Shown piece after piece: positions 12,599 to 24,209 of a DNA stretch of 60,000 nucleotides. The number at the start of each line of letters is the position of its first letter. The stretch's first letter is position 1. Source of the stretch: Lama glama (taxonomy: Eukaryota). A program made the translations under genes and the position numbers. The stretch covers positions 5,830,001-5,890,000 of the forward strand of contig CM052817.1 of NCBI GenBank assembly GCA_028534125.1. Direction: 5' to 3'. Under the pieces are notes generated by a model. The model made no database searches, was not told the DNA's origin, and saw nothing but the letters and a program-made list of their open reading frames with translations.

Positions 12599-12736
12599 TG
12601 TTTGTTTGTTTGTTTTATGAAGGGGAGGTAATTAGGTTTATTTATTTATTTCTATTTGGAGGAGGTACTGGGGATCGAACCTAGGACCTCATGCATGCTA
12701 GGCACACACTCTACAACTTCAGCTATACTGCCCCCC
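12599..12736 (-). mobile_element. Vic-1-like SINE nested in Tigger1
   Basis: Reverse of gggggg..gtatagctgaagttgtagagtgtgtgcctagcatgcatgaggtcctaggttcgatccccagtacctcc; 14-bp TSD GGAGTAGCACTTTT (12585-12598 and 12737-12750). Confidence 0.9.
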
Positions 12737-13311
12737 GGAGTAGCACTTTTAATTGCCTTCAAGAGCTTTCCCTTTGCATTCACAACTTGGCTATTTGGCA
12801 CAAGAGGCCTCACTTTTAGCCTCTCTTGTCTTTCAACATGCCCTCCTCACTAAGCTTAATCATTTTTAGCTTTTGATTTAAAGTCAGAGACGTGTGACTC
12901 CTCCTTTCACTTGCACACTTAGAGGCCATCGTAGGGTTACTTGCTGGCCTAATTTCGCTGTTGCACTGTCTCAGGGAGCAGGGAGCTGGAGGAAAAGGGG
13001 CGAGATGGGGGAACAGCCGGTGGGTGGAGCAGTCAGAACACACACAGCATCTACCCGCTGTGCCCCAAACAAGTACAACAGTAACATCAAAAATGACTGA
13101 TCCCAGAGCACCATGCAGATGGAATCATGGGAAAGCTGAAAATACTGTGAGAATCACCCAAATGTGACACAGAGACAGGAAGTGAGCAAATGCTGTTGGA
13201 AAAATGACGCAGATCGTCTTGTTCCAGGCGGGGCTGCCACAAACCTTCAATCTGCAAAATATGCAATATTTGTGATAAAGCCAAGCACGATCAGACGAGG
13301 TGTGTCTGTGT

Positions 13312-13560
13312 AGAGACAGCAAAGATGCCGGTGGCTGCCAGGGTCGGGGAGGAAGGAATGAGCAGTGGGCTTTGGGTGCTAGTGTGTGTCAAGTTCGGCT
13401 CATGGATTAAACAGAGGTACCCCTGCCAGTGCAGGATGGTGACAGTGGGGGAGGCTGGGTCTGTGTGGGGACAAGAGGGTACTGAGAACTCTGGGCGTTC
13501 TGCTCAAGTTTGCTCTGAGCCTAAAACTACTCTAAAATATAAAGTTTATTACTTAAAAAC
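13312..13560 (+). mobile_element. Old L1M (L1MC-like) 3' end
   Basis: ggtggctgccaggg...ctctgagcctaaaactactctaaaatataaagtttatt. Confidence 0.6.
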
Positions 13561-13779
13561 ATTTTTTGAATGAATAAATGCGGGAATGACAGAATTGCTC
13601 CTTCCTCGTGTCCCCATGGTCATTGCTTGGACTATCACTTTTCCACCCACACATTCTGTTCCAGCTTCAAGTTGTACACGTCTCTTTGCCACGTAAACCA
13701 TGGGTGCAAGGGTTCTCCACCCTCTGCTGGAGCCTCATGAACTTTCAACATGAAGCTGGAGGGCAAATTCTCAATCCTC

Positions 13780-14288
13780 TGTCAACTGGGGGAAAAAAGC
13801 ACAGCCTAAAAGTTGAGAGTTGTTTTGTTTGGCAGACTTTCTGAGGACTCGAACCTGGGAGCCCTCTCAGATCTCTCTAAGAGGTTGCTTCAAAGAGGCA
13901 GGGGAGGAGCCGGGACATAGAAGAGTTTTCCCGCAAAGACCAGGTAGTCAGAACATAAAAAGATTATTGTTAAATAATAATAATTAAAAAAACAGATACC
14001 CTAAGTTAGGGGATTTAGTGCTTTTCTATATCTGGGAAGGTGCAAAGGTCTGAGCTCATTGAAACCATTCCTTTAATGTGCACCTAGCTGTCTAGGGCCA
14101 GTGTCCTGTCCTTCCACACCCTGAGTTCCCTCGGGGGCACCACTGGGGGTGGCTCAGAGGCCAGGCTGCCTGCCTGTCTCCATCCTGAGTGCCCTCCGCT
14201 CCCAGTCGGGGTTGGTGGTAGTGGCTGATGGCTTGATAGCCCTAGCATCTTTGTTTAGTGATATGGCTGGCAATATTTTTCATTCACA
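13780..14288 (-). mobile_element. ERV1-class solo LTR, MER41-like
   Basis: TG...CA ends with 4-bp TSD CCTC (13776-13779 and 14289-14292); family assignment from memory. Confidence 0.75.
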
Positions 14289-15529
14289 CCTCTTTTAAAG
14301 ACAAATATGAACAAATCAGATCCCATCTCAGGATGACACCACAGTGACAAAATCAAAGCCAGTGATTGCTGTAAGCATTCAGAGAAACCATCTGGGCTCC
14401 CTGGTTTTCAAACTGTTTTTAGCAACAGAATCAGTTTTTCAAATGAACTTACACAGAGCCCCAAAACGTTAAAGAGTTAACAGTAAAACAAACAAACAAA
14501 CAAACAAACAAACAAAACCCAAAAAACAAAACCCCGATCTGTCCTGGCACAAAAGGAGTATGGATCCCTGTGACACGTCTGCAAAGCCTTGGGCTCCTGG
14601 GAAGCCTTTGAAACCCACTGGTCCAGTCTTCCACTGTGTTTTGTACACAGGATGCTGGGCCCTCAACAAGCAAAAGCCTTAAAAGCATCCAGGAAGGTCC
14701 ACAGCGAGGCTTCTGTGTCTGCCCTTGTGCCCTCCAAAACACATCCTGCACTCCGACCACATCATACCTGCATTTCCACAAATGTTTCATATCTCAGGCT
14801 TCTGCACCTTTGCTCCACCTTCGAGGTGCAACTCAGGCATCACCTCCTCCAGGAAGTCTTCCCTCATACCCCCCATTGACCCATCCACCTTACCCCAAGG
14901 TGGAGGCTATTGAAGTGGAAGCCAGCACACCCAGCAATGGGCAGCACCTAAACCTAATAGTCTACGTGGGCGGGAACCAAACCTCCAACTGCAAGCTAGC
15001 AGAATGGTATTAGGAGGGCCTGAGAAATTGCTCCTAATGACCTTATTCCAGATGAAAACAAAAATTAGTGATGGATCTTAACCAACAGATATCCATGTGG
15101 CCTCTAGCTGTGATTTAAAGCCATAAACACAAAAGAAAGATCAGGAAAATGTTTCTGTGCCTGGATCCCTTCGTGGTTACTCAGATTGCATGCTCCTTGC
15201 CCTGGAATAAGACCTTTAGCATCCACTCCTTGGGAATCTCTGAAGACCCCTCTCTACGCTCTCCCAGGACACTCTAGGAGCAAGAAACTGACCCCAAGCG
15301 TTGTCATCACCCTCTGTTTCTGTATCTCTCACCTACCCCTCCAAGGCGGGGCTGTTCTCACGCTCTCTGTCCCTCACCTCACCCCAGTGTCCATCAGGGG
15401 TCTGGCATAGACCTGGCCTGCAGAAGTTTGCAGAATGGGGTACCATCCAGGGCTAGGTGGTAACACCTGGTTTTCCGCGTTGCCGCAGCGCCCTCTGCCG
15501 GGTGCATCCCGCCGCTGCAGGACACTCAC

Positions 15530-15628
15530 CGGAGTTGGGACGTTGACCACGGAGAGATTGTACCCACAGAGGAAGGAGGAGCCGAAGGCGCCCACGAGAG
15601 AGGCCACGATGAGCAAGCAGGACCAATC
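15530..15628 (-). CDS. SLC2A9: SLC2A9 first shared coding exon (TM1); I did not find the next exon in the window
   Basis: [33 protein letters not shown] (99 nt) versus human [33 protein letters not shown]; cag acceptor, GTGAGT donor. Confidence 0.96.
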
Positions 15629-18126
15629 CTGGAAAGGAGAGCAAAGTACGTCAGACCTGACACTCGGGCGCAGAGCCAGGGACCCACGGGAGGCACCTGG
15701 GCTGTCCCCTTAGCTAGGGAGTCCAACGCAGAGGATTCCCAGGGCAAGGATGGCAAGTCTTTCGGAGCCAGCTAGCAGGAGGGTTTCCCGTCCAGGTCTG
15801 GACCCGTTGAGTGTGGTCAACCCACGGAGCTCAGGTTGCCTCTGTTGGCAGCCACAACACTGCCCTCCTTGCCCTGCTGCATTTAGATCTGGGAAATGTC
15901 GACCTACCATCCTTGCAGGTGCTCTGACAGCAGCTACACGCTGCTATTTTAGCTGAATCTGGCCTGTCTCTGACCCACAGAGGAGCAAAAGAGCAAAGCC
16001 AGACTAAGTTGCCAGCAGCCCCAGCTGCTTCTTATTAAGAGCTATGGTCTCGTCATCTGTTCTAAGCACTTTCTGGATTTTCTCTTCTAGAATCCTCAGA
16101 TCAGTACTTTTTAGCTTGCTTTTACAGGTGAGGAAACAGAGGTGAGGAGCTGTCCCTGGTGCTGTCTGGGATGGAGACTGGAGCCCAGATGGCCTGGCTC
16201 CAGCCCTCGTGCAGCCATCACTGCACCACACTGCCTCTTCTCCTGGGAGTGGTGTCTGGGGGCCTGAGGCTACACAGATGCACGCAAGCTCATGCAGGCC
16301 CCGCTGCAGGCTGGGCTGTCCATCTACCGGCCAATGGGAGCACCTTGGAATAAGGACCTGCAGACAGTGATGTAGGGCTTGGCCTGGAGAACCAGGCATC
16401 TGCCTCCATGTGATCCTGCCCTATGGCCCCATCCACGCATGGCTGTAGCTGCACTAGGACCAGAGAAGAAACATCTGGGCCCCTTGGCAAAGGCTGGTCG
16501 GAAGGCAGGAGCTGGAGGCAGGAGGGGCTGCCATCCTAGGCTGGCCAGGAAAGAGGAAATTCACCAGATGGAGGGGCCCAGGTGCTCTTGGAAGTTACTT
16601 TCTCTGCCATCATTTATTGTGTGTGTGTGTGTGTGTTTGTGTTCTAAGTGCCAGGCCCTGACACAGCTCCAGGGACACAGCAATAGACATGACAGATGAG
16701 GTCCACAGTTTAGGGAACTGAATAGATCAAATGCTGTTTGGAAGCCAGTTCCCTGCTCTCCCTGCCTCGGCACCGCCTCTAGCTCAGGCTCCAGCACCAG
16801 AAGGCTCCACCGCTCGGCTGGGGAGCCTGTCCAGGGTCTTGACCTTTCTAGGCCTCAGTTTACCCAACTATAAAATGGGGCCTAAACTGTAGCACCAGCT
16901 GCATAGGCGGTGGTGGATGTGCTGCTGGCCAAGGCCGTGGAGGGGGGCGCATGCTTGTAGCCAGTGTTCAGATAGGGTGTTTACTTATTCTGTCTTCTCT
17001 CTCCACTCCCTCTAGCCCAGCCACGCAGAATGGCCAGCGCCTGAGTTACACGCTAAGGTCTCTCTTGCCCTGGCCAGTGTGGCTGCATCCCCCTGAACTC
17101 CTCCCTTCTGGAGACTTTCATGTGTCAGACTGATTGAAAGCCTCCCTGGAAGCTTCACCTCCTCATTTCCACGTTTCTCTCTTTGATTCAACACCGTCTG
17201 ACTCCCAACTCGGCCACTCGTGTCTGTGCAAACTTAGACCAGTTACATAGTTGCTCTGTGACTCAGTGTCCTCATCTGTGGAATGGGGGTGATAAGGGAC
17301 CCACCTCATGGGATATTCTGCAGAAGAAAGGAGTTAGAGCAGGGGAGCCCCTCACCCGTCCAGGGGCCGGGGCCGGTGAGGGGCAGCAGCAGGGGCGGGG
17401 CAGAGGGTGCAGGTCTTATGTTTTGAGGGCGGGAGCCTTGCTTCCAGGCACCGTGCCGGCCATAGAAGAGGCGCTCGGAAAATGCTGGTGATCGGATGAT
17501 AGGCCAGTGGGAGGGCTGACGGGCCACGGAGATGGACACTGGCAGGTGTGGGGCCAGGATACTTTTCTGCAGTAAGAGGAGCTTGAACTGAGTGAGATTC
17601 CTTGACAGAACAGAATCATTTTGGACAAAATGCCCGTTCTCCATCGCCTTTTGTCTTTAAACTTATCCTCTGGGCCTCAGTTCAGATCTCACTCCTTCTG
17701 ACCCCCTGGGCTGTGCTGGTCCCCTGGGTTTCCCTCACTCCCAGCCTTGGTCATTATTCCCTTGTCTGCACCCATCAGAGAGCAGAGTGGGTGGAAGCCG
17801 TCTCCCCTGGAGCCCCTACCCCTGCATGGCCCACCTAGGCCCACCACCTCTCATACCTGCCCCAAGAGCAGCAGGTGCCCGCTGGTGGGGGCAGGAGGGA
17901 GGGGAGGACAGCACCCAGCACGAGCGGGCGGCTCCCTGCCGTGGCCTCACCACACGAGCACAGCCGCTGCCAGAAGATGCTGTCGGCCCCCGGAATCTGC
18001 AGCTCAAGAATTGGAGCCCTACAGCCATGGTCAATGGACTAGGACGCCAGGACTCAGGCCCTAGGACTTTCAGAGGGGGCAGAGACAGCCCTTGTGGCAA
18101 GTACAGAGGCCGATTTCTGTGTTTAC

Positions 18127-18240
18127 CTTTCTTCTCCTCCTGCCCGGTGTCCGGCGGCTGCTCGGGTGGGCACACTCAGGAGGCCCTGGGAGGCTCAGGC
18201 CACACATAAGAGGAGCTAAGCTCAGTTCCCGGGAGTCCAT
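18127..18240 (-). CDS. SLC2A9: SLC2A9 long isoform (GLUT9a/GLUT9L) first coding exon
   Basis: MDSRELSLAPLMCGLSLPGPPECAHPSSRRTPGRRRRK resembles mouse MDSRELALASLMC and human ...SKELGLVPL...PGGRRRK; GTAAAC donor, phase 0. The start codon is uncertain because there are upstream in-frame ATGs. Confidence 0.88.
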
Positions 18241-21200
18241 GTCCTGTTTCCCAACGATCAGCTTGACGGCCCTCCCTGCAGCCGGCTCAGCCCGCGGCGC
18301 CTCTGCCGGGCTCCGCTGGAGCATCTCCCTGAATGAGGAGGCAGAGTCTGAGCTCCCGGACAGGAAATGTGGCAATTTAATCTTGCCTGAACGGGAAGTG
18401 GGCAGTAAATTTTTACCCTGTTCCCAAGTCATCCCAGCAACTGGAGAGCCTAAGAGGGAGACTTGTCTTCTCAGGAATCACCACCCTGAGTATGAAGTCT
18501 TCCTTTTCCCTCTTAAGGCCAGTGTGCTGGGAGGGGAGCCACTGGCATGAACCCAGGACAAGTCTCCCTAAGGACTGGGACAGATGGAAAATTGACCGGC
18601 TGCAGGAGAAGCCTGGGGCTTCCAGCCCGGACTCCAGCGCTTTCTCACTGTGTGTCCTTAGGCAAGTAGCTTTGCTTCTCCGAGCTACCACGGTTACAAG
18701 CACAGAATGGAAGGTTGTCCTGCTCTGATCATCCTGCAGAGCAATTCTGAGGCTCAGATAGAAAACACACAGTCCCAAACAGCCTGCTGGAGGTGGGCAC
18801 GGGCTGCCCTGAGGCTCTGAACAAGCGGGAAGGTGGTGGGTTTGGAAGAAAAAGCACCTGTTGCTGAAAATTACTCTGCCCTGCTCATTCGGCGGCTGAG
18901 GGAACACTTCTGACGTGCCTGCCCCGGAGGTTGGCTCAGGGGAAGCATTAAGGAACCAAGACCCCCTCCTGCACACTAGGATGTCGTGAGAATTAACTCA
19001 CTGCATGGCTGGATTGCCCGGATGTCAGAGAAGTGCCTTGAATCATGTCTAGGACAGGTTGCCTTGGCCGCTTGCCCCCGGAGGCAGAGAGCAGGTGCAG
19101 AGGCCAGGGAAGCAAAGGCATGCTTGGGGACTGCAGAACCCCTGGAAGGCCACAGTGGCCTCAAGTCCACAAAACAGAGATGAGAAGTCAGCCACCTGGG
19201 TTTAATGGAAAACGCATGTTGAAATAAAAACTGTGGATCGCTGCAGAACTTCTGGGAGCGTGGATGATCACATGCCTATGCAAACATCCAGACCCATGAT
19301 GTTGGAAAGCCACTGCTCCACAGGGAACCAAAACTTCCCAGAGGAAAAGCCAACCCTGAATAATTAGGCTGGTTATTTACCGAGCATATGAATCATTCAG
19401 GGCAATACTCACGCTGCGTATTCATCACGCAGGGATGCCGGGATGCCGCTTGGAGAATTGGCTGCTCCTGGAAACAATTTTCAGCCAGTTGGCCAGCTCC
19501 CCTCATAGAGCCTGGTCCAGAGCGGAACTCTAACGTGGGAGCTCTCGATTAAACTGTGACACGCACTGGGCCAGCCGGGAGCGGATCCCAGAAGACTTTC
19601 TGGAAGAGGTGATTCCTGAGCCGTCTCTTAGGGGATGAGTAAGCCATGGGAACATGCAGGCAAGGAAGGGCGTGGGATGAGAGGGCCCTGAGCCAGGGCT
19701 GCAGGCATGGACGCCCCAGGGCATGTGGGAAAGCAAAATAACTGAGCGGGTTGCGGTCTAAATTTAGAAGGGGCGACGGAGGGGAAGGATGGCTGCACCC
19801 TGTGCCGTCCTGCCGGAACTTCACACTAAGCATCTTGTTTCCTCCTCCCCCCCTCCCTGACTCAGGCCCTTCTATGTAACCTCCCTGGTCTCCTCATCTG
19901 TAATGGGGGGGAGGGTGTCTCCCTGATCTTACTAAAACTCACATTGGATCAGGTGACCCATCTGTTTCATTTAAAATTGTTCCATGTTCCCCATTGGGGT
20001 TGAAAACTCAAAGACGCCAGGACCCAGGCAGGACACAAATGTGCAGCTACAGCCAGGAGTGTCCCTGGTGTCCCTGGTGTTGCAGGAGTTCCTAAAGTCC
20101 GAAGGCACTAAAGGTCCTGCCAGCCAGCCCAGCACGTCCATGGGCCGCGCAGTGGACACAAAGTGTGGACTGGAGGCCCTCTCCCAGCTGTCCCTGACCA
20201 TTCCTCCGGTCTCCACTTTCCAGCCCCAAGTCCTGCTGAATTTGAGCCCTGAGGGCAGAAGCCCGGGCCGGGGGCAGGGGGTGGTTGTGGGGAGTGGTGT
20301 GTGGACTAGAGGCCAGGGGTGGGGGGTGGGGACAAACTGCCAGCAGCTTCCTTGGCCCTGCCCTGCGCCAGGGGCTCTCCCAGAACCCGGGACTGGACAC
20401 AAGTCAGCAGAGCAGGAGAAACTTGCATGGTGTCACTTTCCCTTTTCGTCCTGCAGCCTGAGGGCGCGGCTTGGCCTGGAGAGCTCCTCCTCCTGGTGGA
20501 GCTGGCTGCCTGCTGATCCTCCCCGGAGCCTGCCAGCAACCAGCCCAGAGGTGAGCAGCACCTTGGCCTGAAGTCACACCCCTGAGACTAGAGCCCAGGT
20601 GTCCCCGCTGAAGCTCCGGGCCGTCGGGTTGACTATGCGTTCTTCCTTCAGGGAGATGAGGGATCTCAGGTTCCCACTGGCATCCCCAGGGCTTCCCGGG
20701 TGAGAAGCCTTGGTGATGGTGATGGGAGCTGTCCCACCACTTTGCCACAGCGCAGTGGGTTAAAACCGAGACACTGGGGCTGGACAGCCTGGGTTTGGGT
20801 CTCGGCCCAGCCACTTTTACAGCCTGTGAGCTCTGGGGCAAGTTACTCGGCCTTATCTGTAGAATGGGGTGATGATGGTGCCAGCACCTCACAGACTTGG
20901 GAAGACTTGGTGAGTTCACATACAGAAAACACGGGAACTGTGGAACCTAAGCCAGCACCCGGCATCCAGCAAGCGCACAGTGAATACTCATCATTACTCT
21001 CCAAACCACCTTGTCCCCAGACAATGAGCTATTTCTCAACCCAGAAGCCCTCATCGTTTTTTAAACCAATGGCACGGTGAGTACTCTGGGTAGAAAGAAT
21101 TGCCTCCTCCCTCCGGGGGCATCGGTGTCCACAGCAGAAAAGGAGAGGTCTGGAGCAGCTCGGTGTCAGTGGACAACCACTAAGGCCCGTCCCCAGACGC

Positions 21201-21828
21201 AAGTTCTGTCCTTCCATGATGGACCGTGACTCGGTGCGGTTCCCCGATCCCCCTCCCCCGGCACACGTCTGCACTGCTCGGCCCTCAGCCAGGTGTGTGC
21301 ACACCCGCGATGTCACCGACCCTCCCAGCAGTCTCAGGAGGAGCCGTGAGGCTGCCGTTTCGGGGGAAGAACAGAAGTTCAGGGGGAGCCTGGATTCACC
21401 TCCAAATCCAGTGCCAGCTCCCTACCCACTCGGGCTGTGGCCCAGGCTCTCAGACAGATTCTAAAAGTTAGTTCTATCAAGGACATGGTCATAAAACACG
21501 CATTCCTGGGTGTGCTGGGGCCTGTTCTGACAGCCACCCCCCCACGCACACACGTCTGCCAGTGTTTGCTAAGCGTCTCCTCTCGCCGGCTCTCCTGGCC
21601 TGGCCCGGGCTCTTCCCCTGACCACCCGTAACTTCGCTCGTCCTTCAGTGCTCAGTGCCCTCGCCACCTCCCCCGAGAAGCCTCCCTGGGCTTCTCTCTG
21701 CCGCCCCTGTGTTGCACGTGCTGCTCAGACCTGTGCTGGCTGTGACCGCCTTTCTCCCAGGGGTCTGTCCCCATGTATGCCTTCCCCTCTGGACAGGAGC
21801 TCACTGAGGGCAGGGACTTGTGTGTGCA

Positions 21829-22205
21829 TGTTAGGGGGTAAACTGTGTCCCCCAACATTCATATGGTGAAGTCCCAACCTTGGTATCACAGAAGGTGACT
21901 GTATTTGGAGACAGGGCCTTTAAAGAGGTCACCAAGGTAAAATGAGGTCGTGTGAGAGGGCCCTGATCCAATCTGACTGATGTCCTTATAGGAAGACGAG
22001 ATCAGGACACAGACACACACACAGGGATGACCACGTGAGGACACAGGGAGAAGACGGCCATCGGCAGGCCGAGGAGAGAGGCCTCAGAAGGGGCCAACTC
22101 TGCTGACACCTTGATCTTGGACTTCTAGTCTCCAGACTGTGAAGAGATACAGCTCCGTTGTTTAAGTCCCCCAGTCTGTGGGGCTTTGTCATGGAAGCCC
22201 TAAAA
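21829..22205 (+). mobile_element. MLT1A/B-like MaLR LTR
   Basis: aactgtgtccccc...gtgactgtatttggagacagggcctttaaagagg...gacaccttgatcttggacttctagtctccagactgtga. Confidence 0.85.
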
Positions 22206-22654
22206 AATCTCGGTGTCCTATAAAGCTTTTTGAATTCCCAGCGGGTCAGGGAAGGGGCCCGGTAGGTGCTTCTGGAACTGAACTCAGACTCTCCCTTGGA
22301 TGATGTCCTGATACTGCAACACTGGCTTGGACAAGGTGAAAATTTCCTACCAGGAAAAGGTAGGGGGAAAATAAAGAATTTCCCACTGAATATCATTTGA
22401 GCAGAAGGTTTGTGATGACCACACCGCTTCCTCCTTCACACTAAAGGCGTAGACGGGAGCCTTGACTCAACCTAATGGGGCGCCAAGAAAAAGGTACTGT
22501 GTCCACTTGGAGGGAATTGCTCTCTGTTTAGCCTGGTTTCTGCCATATCCCAGGAGACCTGAGGCAGGTGGCTTGGCCAACCTGGACCTCCAGATCACAC
22601 CTGGGAGATGTGGTGGTGATGCCCCACCTGCCACTTCACACTTGCCAGAATCTG

Positions 22655-22707
22655 GTAAATACACTCGTGTTGACCTTTGACCTGCTAAATACAGGTTAAT
22701 TACAAAC
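22655..22707. promoter_or_regulatory. Candidate liver/kidney enhancer: forkhead, DR1 and HNF1-like motif cluster
   Basis: GTAAATA (22655-22661), perfect DR1 TGACCT-T-TGACCT (22671-22683), CTAAATACA (22685-22693), GGTTAATTACAAAC (22694-22707). Confidence 0.55.
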
Positions 22708-23339
22708 ATGGGCATATATTCTTCTTAGCCTGGTGGCCTCCCCACTCATCACAGGAGGTGAGGTACAGATGGGCCAACATTCAAGACTGCCTGCACTGCA
22801 CACGAGCCTTGGACACATGGCTTTGGCCTTCTCTGAGCCTCAGTTCCTTGCCTACAAAATGGGGATAGCAATGCCCTCACTGCTGTGTGGCCAGAACTGA
22901 AGGGGAGACCCGTGTAAGGTCTGGTACAGAACAGGTGCTCTCTGGCGGTTGGTTTTGAATCTGATTTAAAGAGAGAGGCCAAGGAGTCCTGAGGAAGGAG
23001 ACTTTCTAAGTGTGGAGGACTTCCTGGAGGAGGAGGCAGGTGGACTGGGCGTTGTGGTGCGATGGGGGATGGGTTTCAATGTTTCCTTAAGGACTATGAC
23101 ATTATCACCTTCAACATCAATGCCCCCTTGCTGAGAAACGATCTCTGGAATGGAGACCCCCCCGAAGTCCAGATGGTCACAGCAGACAGTATCCCCCCCC
23201 CCCCACCGGCCTCTGTTCACCCTTCTGCGCCTGAGCTCACCGGCACCACTTCCCCTGGCAGGAGCAGGGGGTCGGAGGGGCCAGCCTGGGACCACCGGAA
23301 CACTCACAACAAGAGAGAGATTAGGAAACCAGGACTGAC

Positions 23340-23402
23340 CAATTTCTTTGTTGCCAAATCGCTTTCTTTGTTATCTGCTGGGTCCTCTTCCCGGAGCTTC
23401 AT
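23340..23402 (-). CDS. SLC2A9: SLC2A9 short isoform (GLUT9b/GLUT9S) first coding segment; the exon spans 23340-23440
   Basis: MKLREEDPADNKESDLATKKL (21 aa) aligns with human MKLSKKDRGEDEESDSAKKKL; pyrimidine-rich ag acceptor at 23442-23441, GTCAGT donor, phase 0 into the DWS exon. Too short for the ORF track. Confidence 0.93.
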
Positions 23403-24209
23403 GGTCAGTTTTCAGATTTTGGACTGGGCTTTTTTTGTTCCTAAAAAAAGAGAGAACAAGGAAGAAGCCATTAGATAATTGCTGTCACAGATGAGTAACT
23501 CAGGGGAGGTGGCCCTGAGAGGACACCAGGATGGGGATCTCCCCCACCCCCAGAGACCTGGGCACCTCTCTGGCCTCAGTTTCTCCATTTGCCAGATGGT
23601 CGTGTTGGACAACTTCTGCATTTCCCACACTTGCCACATTGCTTATTAAGTACAGGCCCCTCCCTGGAACATTCTCTTTCAGCAGGTCACTCTTATGGTG
23701 AGGCATGTTTTGGAAACACCAGATTCTCTGTCCCCAAGATATGAAAACAAAAGCAGTGCAAATTCAAAACAAAGTGCCAGTCTCCCCAGTCAAGTTGGGA
23801 GCAGTCACCAAAATTGTGACCCAGATCTCTGGCACAACAAAGGAGAAAAACACACAGCTGTTTTGGAGTTCCAAAATACATTTCTTGAGCCATAAAATCC
23901 TTAGTTTCCTTTGGCTCAACTATTCCATTTATAAATAGTTAATCCAAAGCAGGTATAAAAATGTGCAAAGATTTAAGCCTGACTGTCACTGCCAGCATTT
24001 TTATTGTTAGAAAAATGATCTTCACAATCGGACAAAATAAAGTTTAAATCCTGGTACATTCACATGACAGAAACTCGTGTAGTACTTGAAAATGTACACT
24101 GGAGAAGAATATTTAATGTCATTGGAAAATGCTTGTAATTCTTACTTGAGAAGAGGAGGAAGGTATATAAGAGAATACACACTAGTCAACATTAAAAATA
24201 GGTGTACTT

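Larger units (their letters stand above)
11770..13310 (-). mobile_element. Tigger1 (TcMar) DNA transposon 5' half, degenerate, with nested L1 and SINE
   Basis: Peptides MASKCASERRSHTSLTLNQKLKMIKLSEEGM and FKLKPVLIYQPGNPRAFKNYA match the Tigger1 transposase; terminal-like gaggtgtgtctg near 13300. Confidence 0.9.

Noticed and set aside
11630..13043. Possible domesticated TIGD1-like transposase gene
   Set aside because: The frame is broken and interrupted by L1 and SINE insertions, and the 3' half is missing.
1..15500. Missing next SLC2A9 exon (YIKAFYNESW...) as a sign of pseudogenisation
   Set aside because: This intron is long in other mammals as recalled, so the exon most likely lies beyond the left edge; the exons present are intact.
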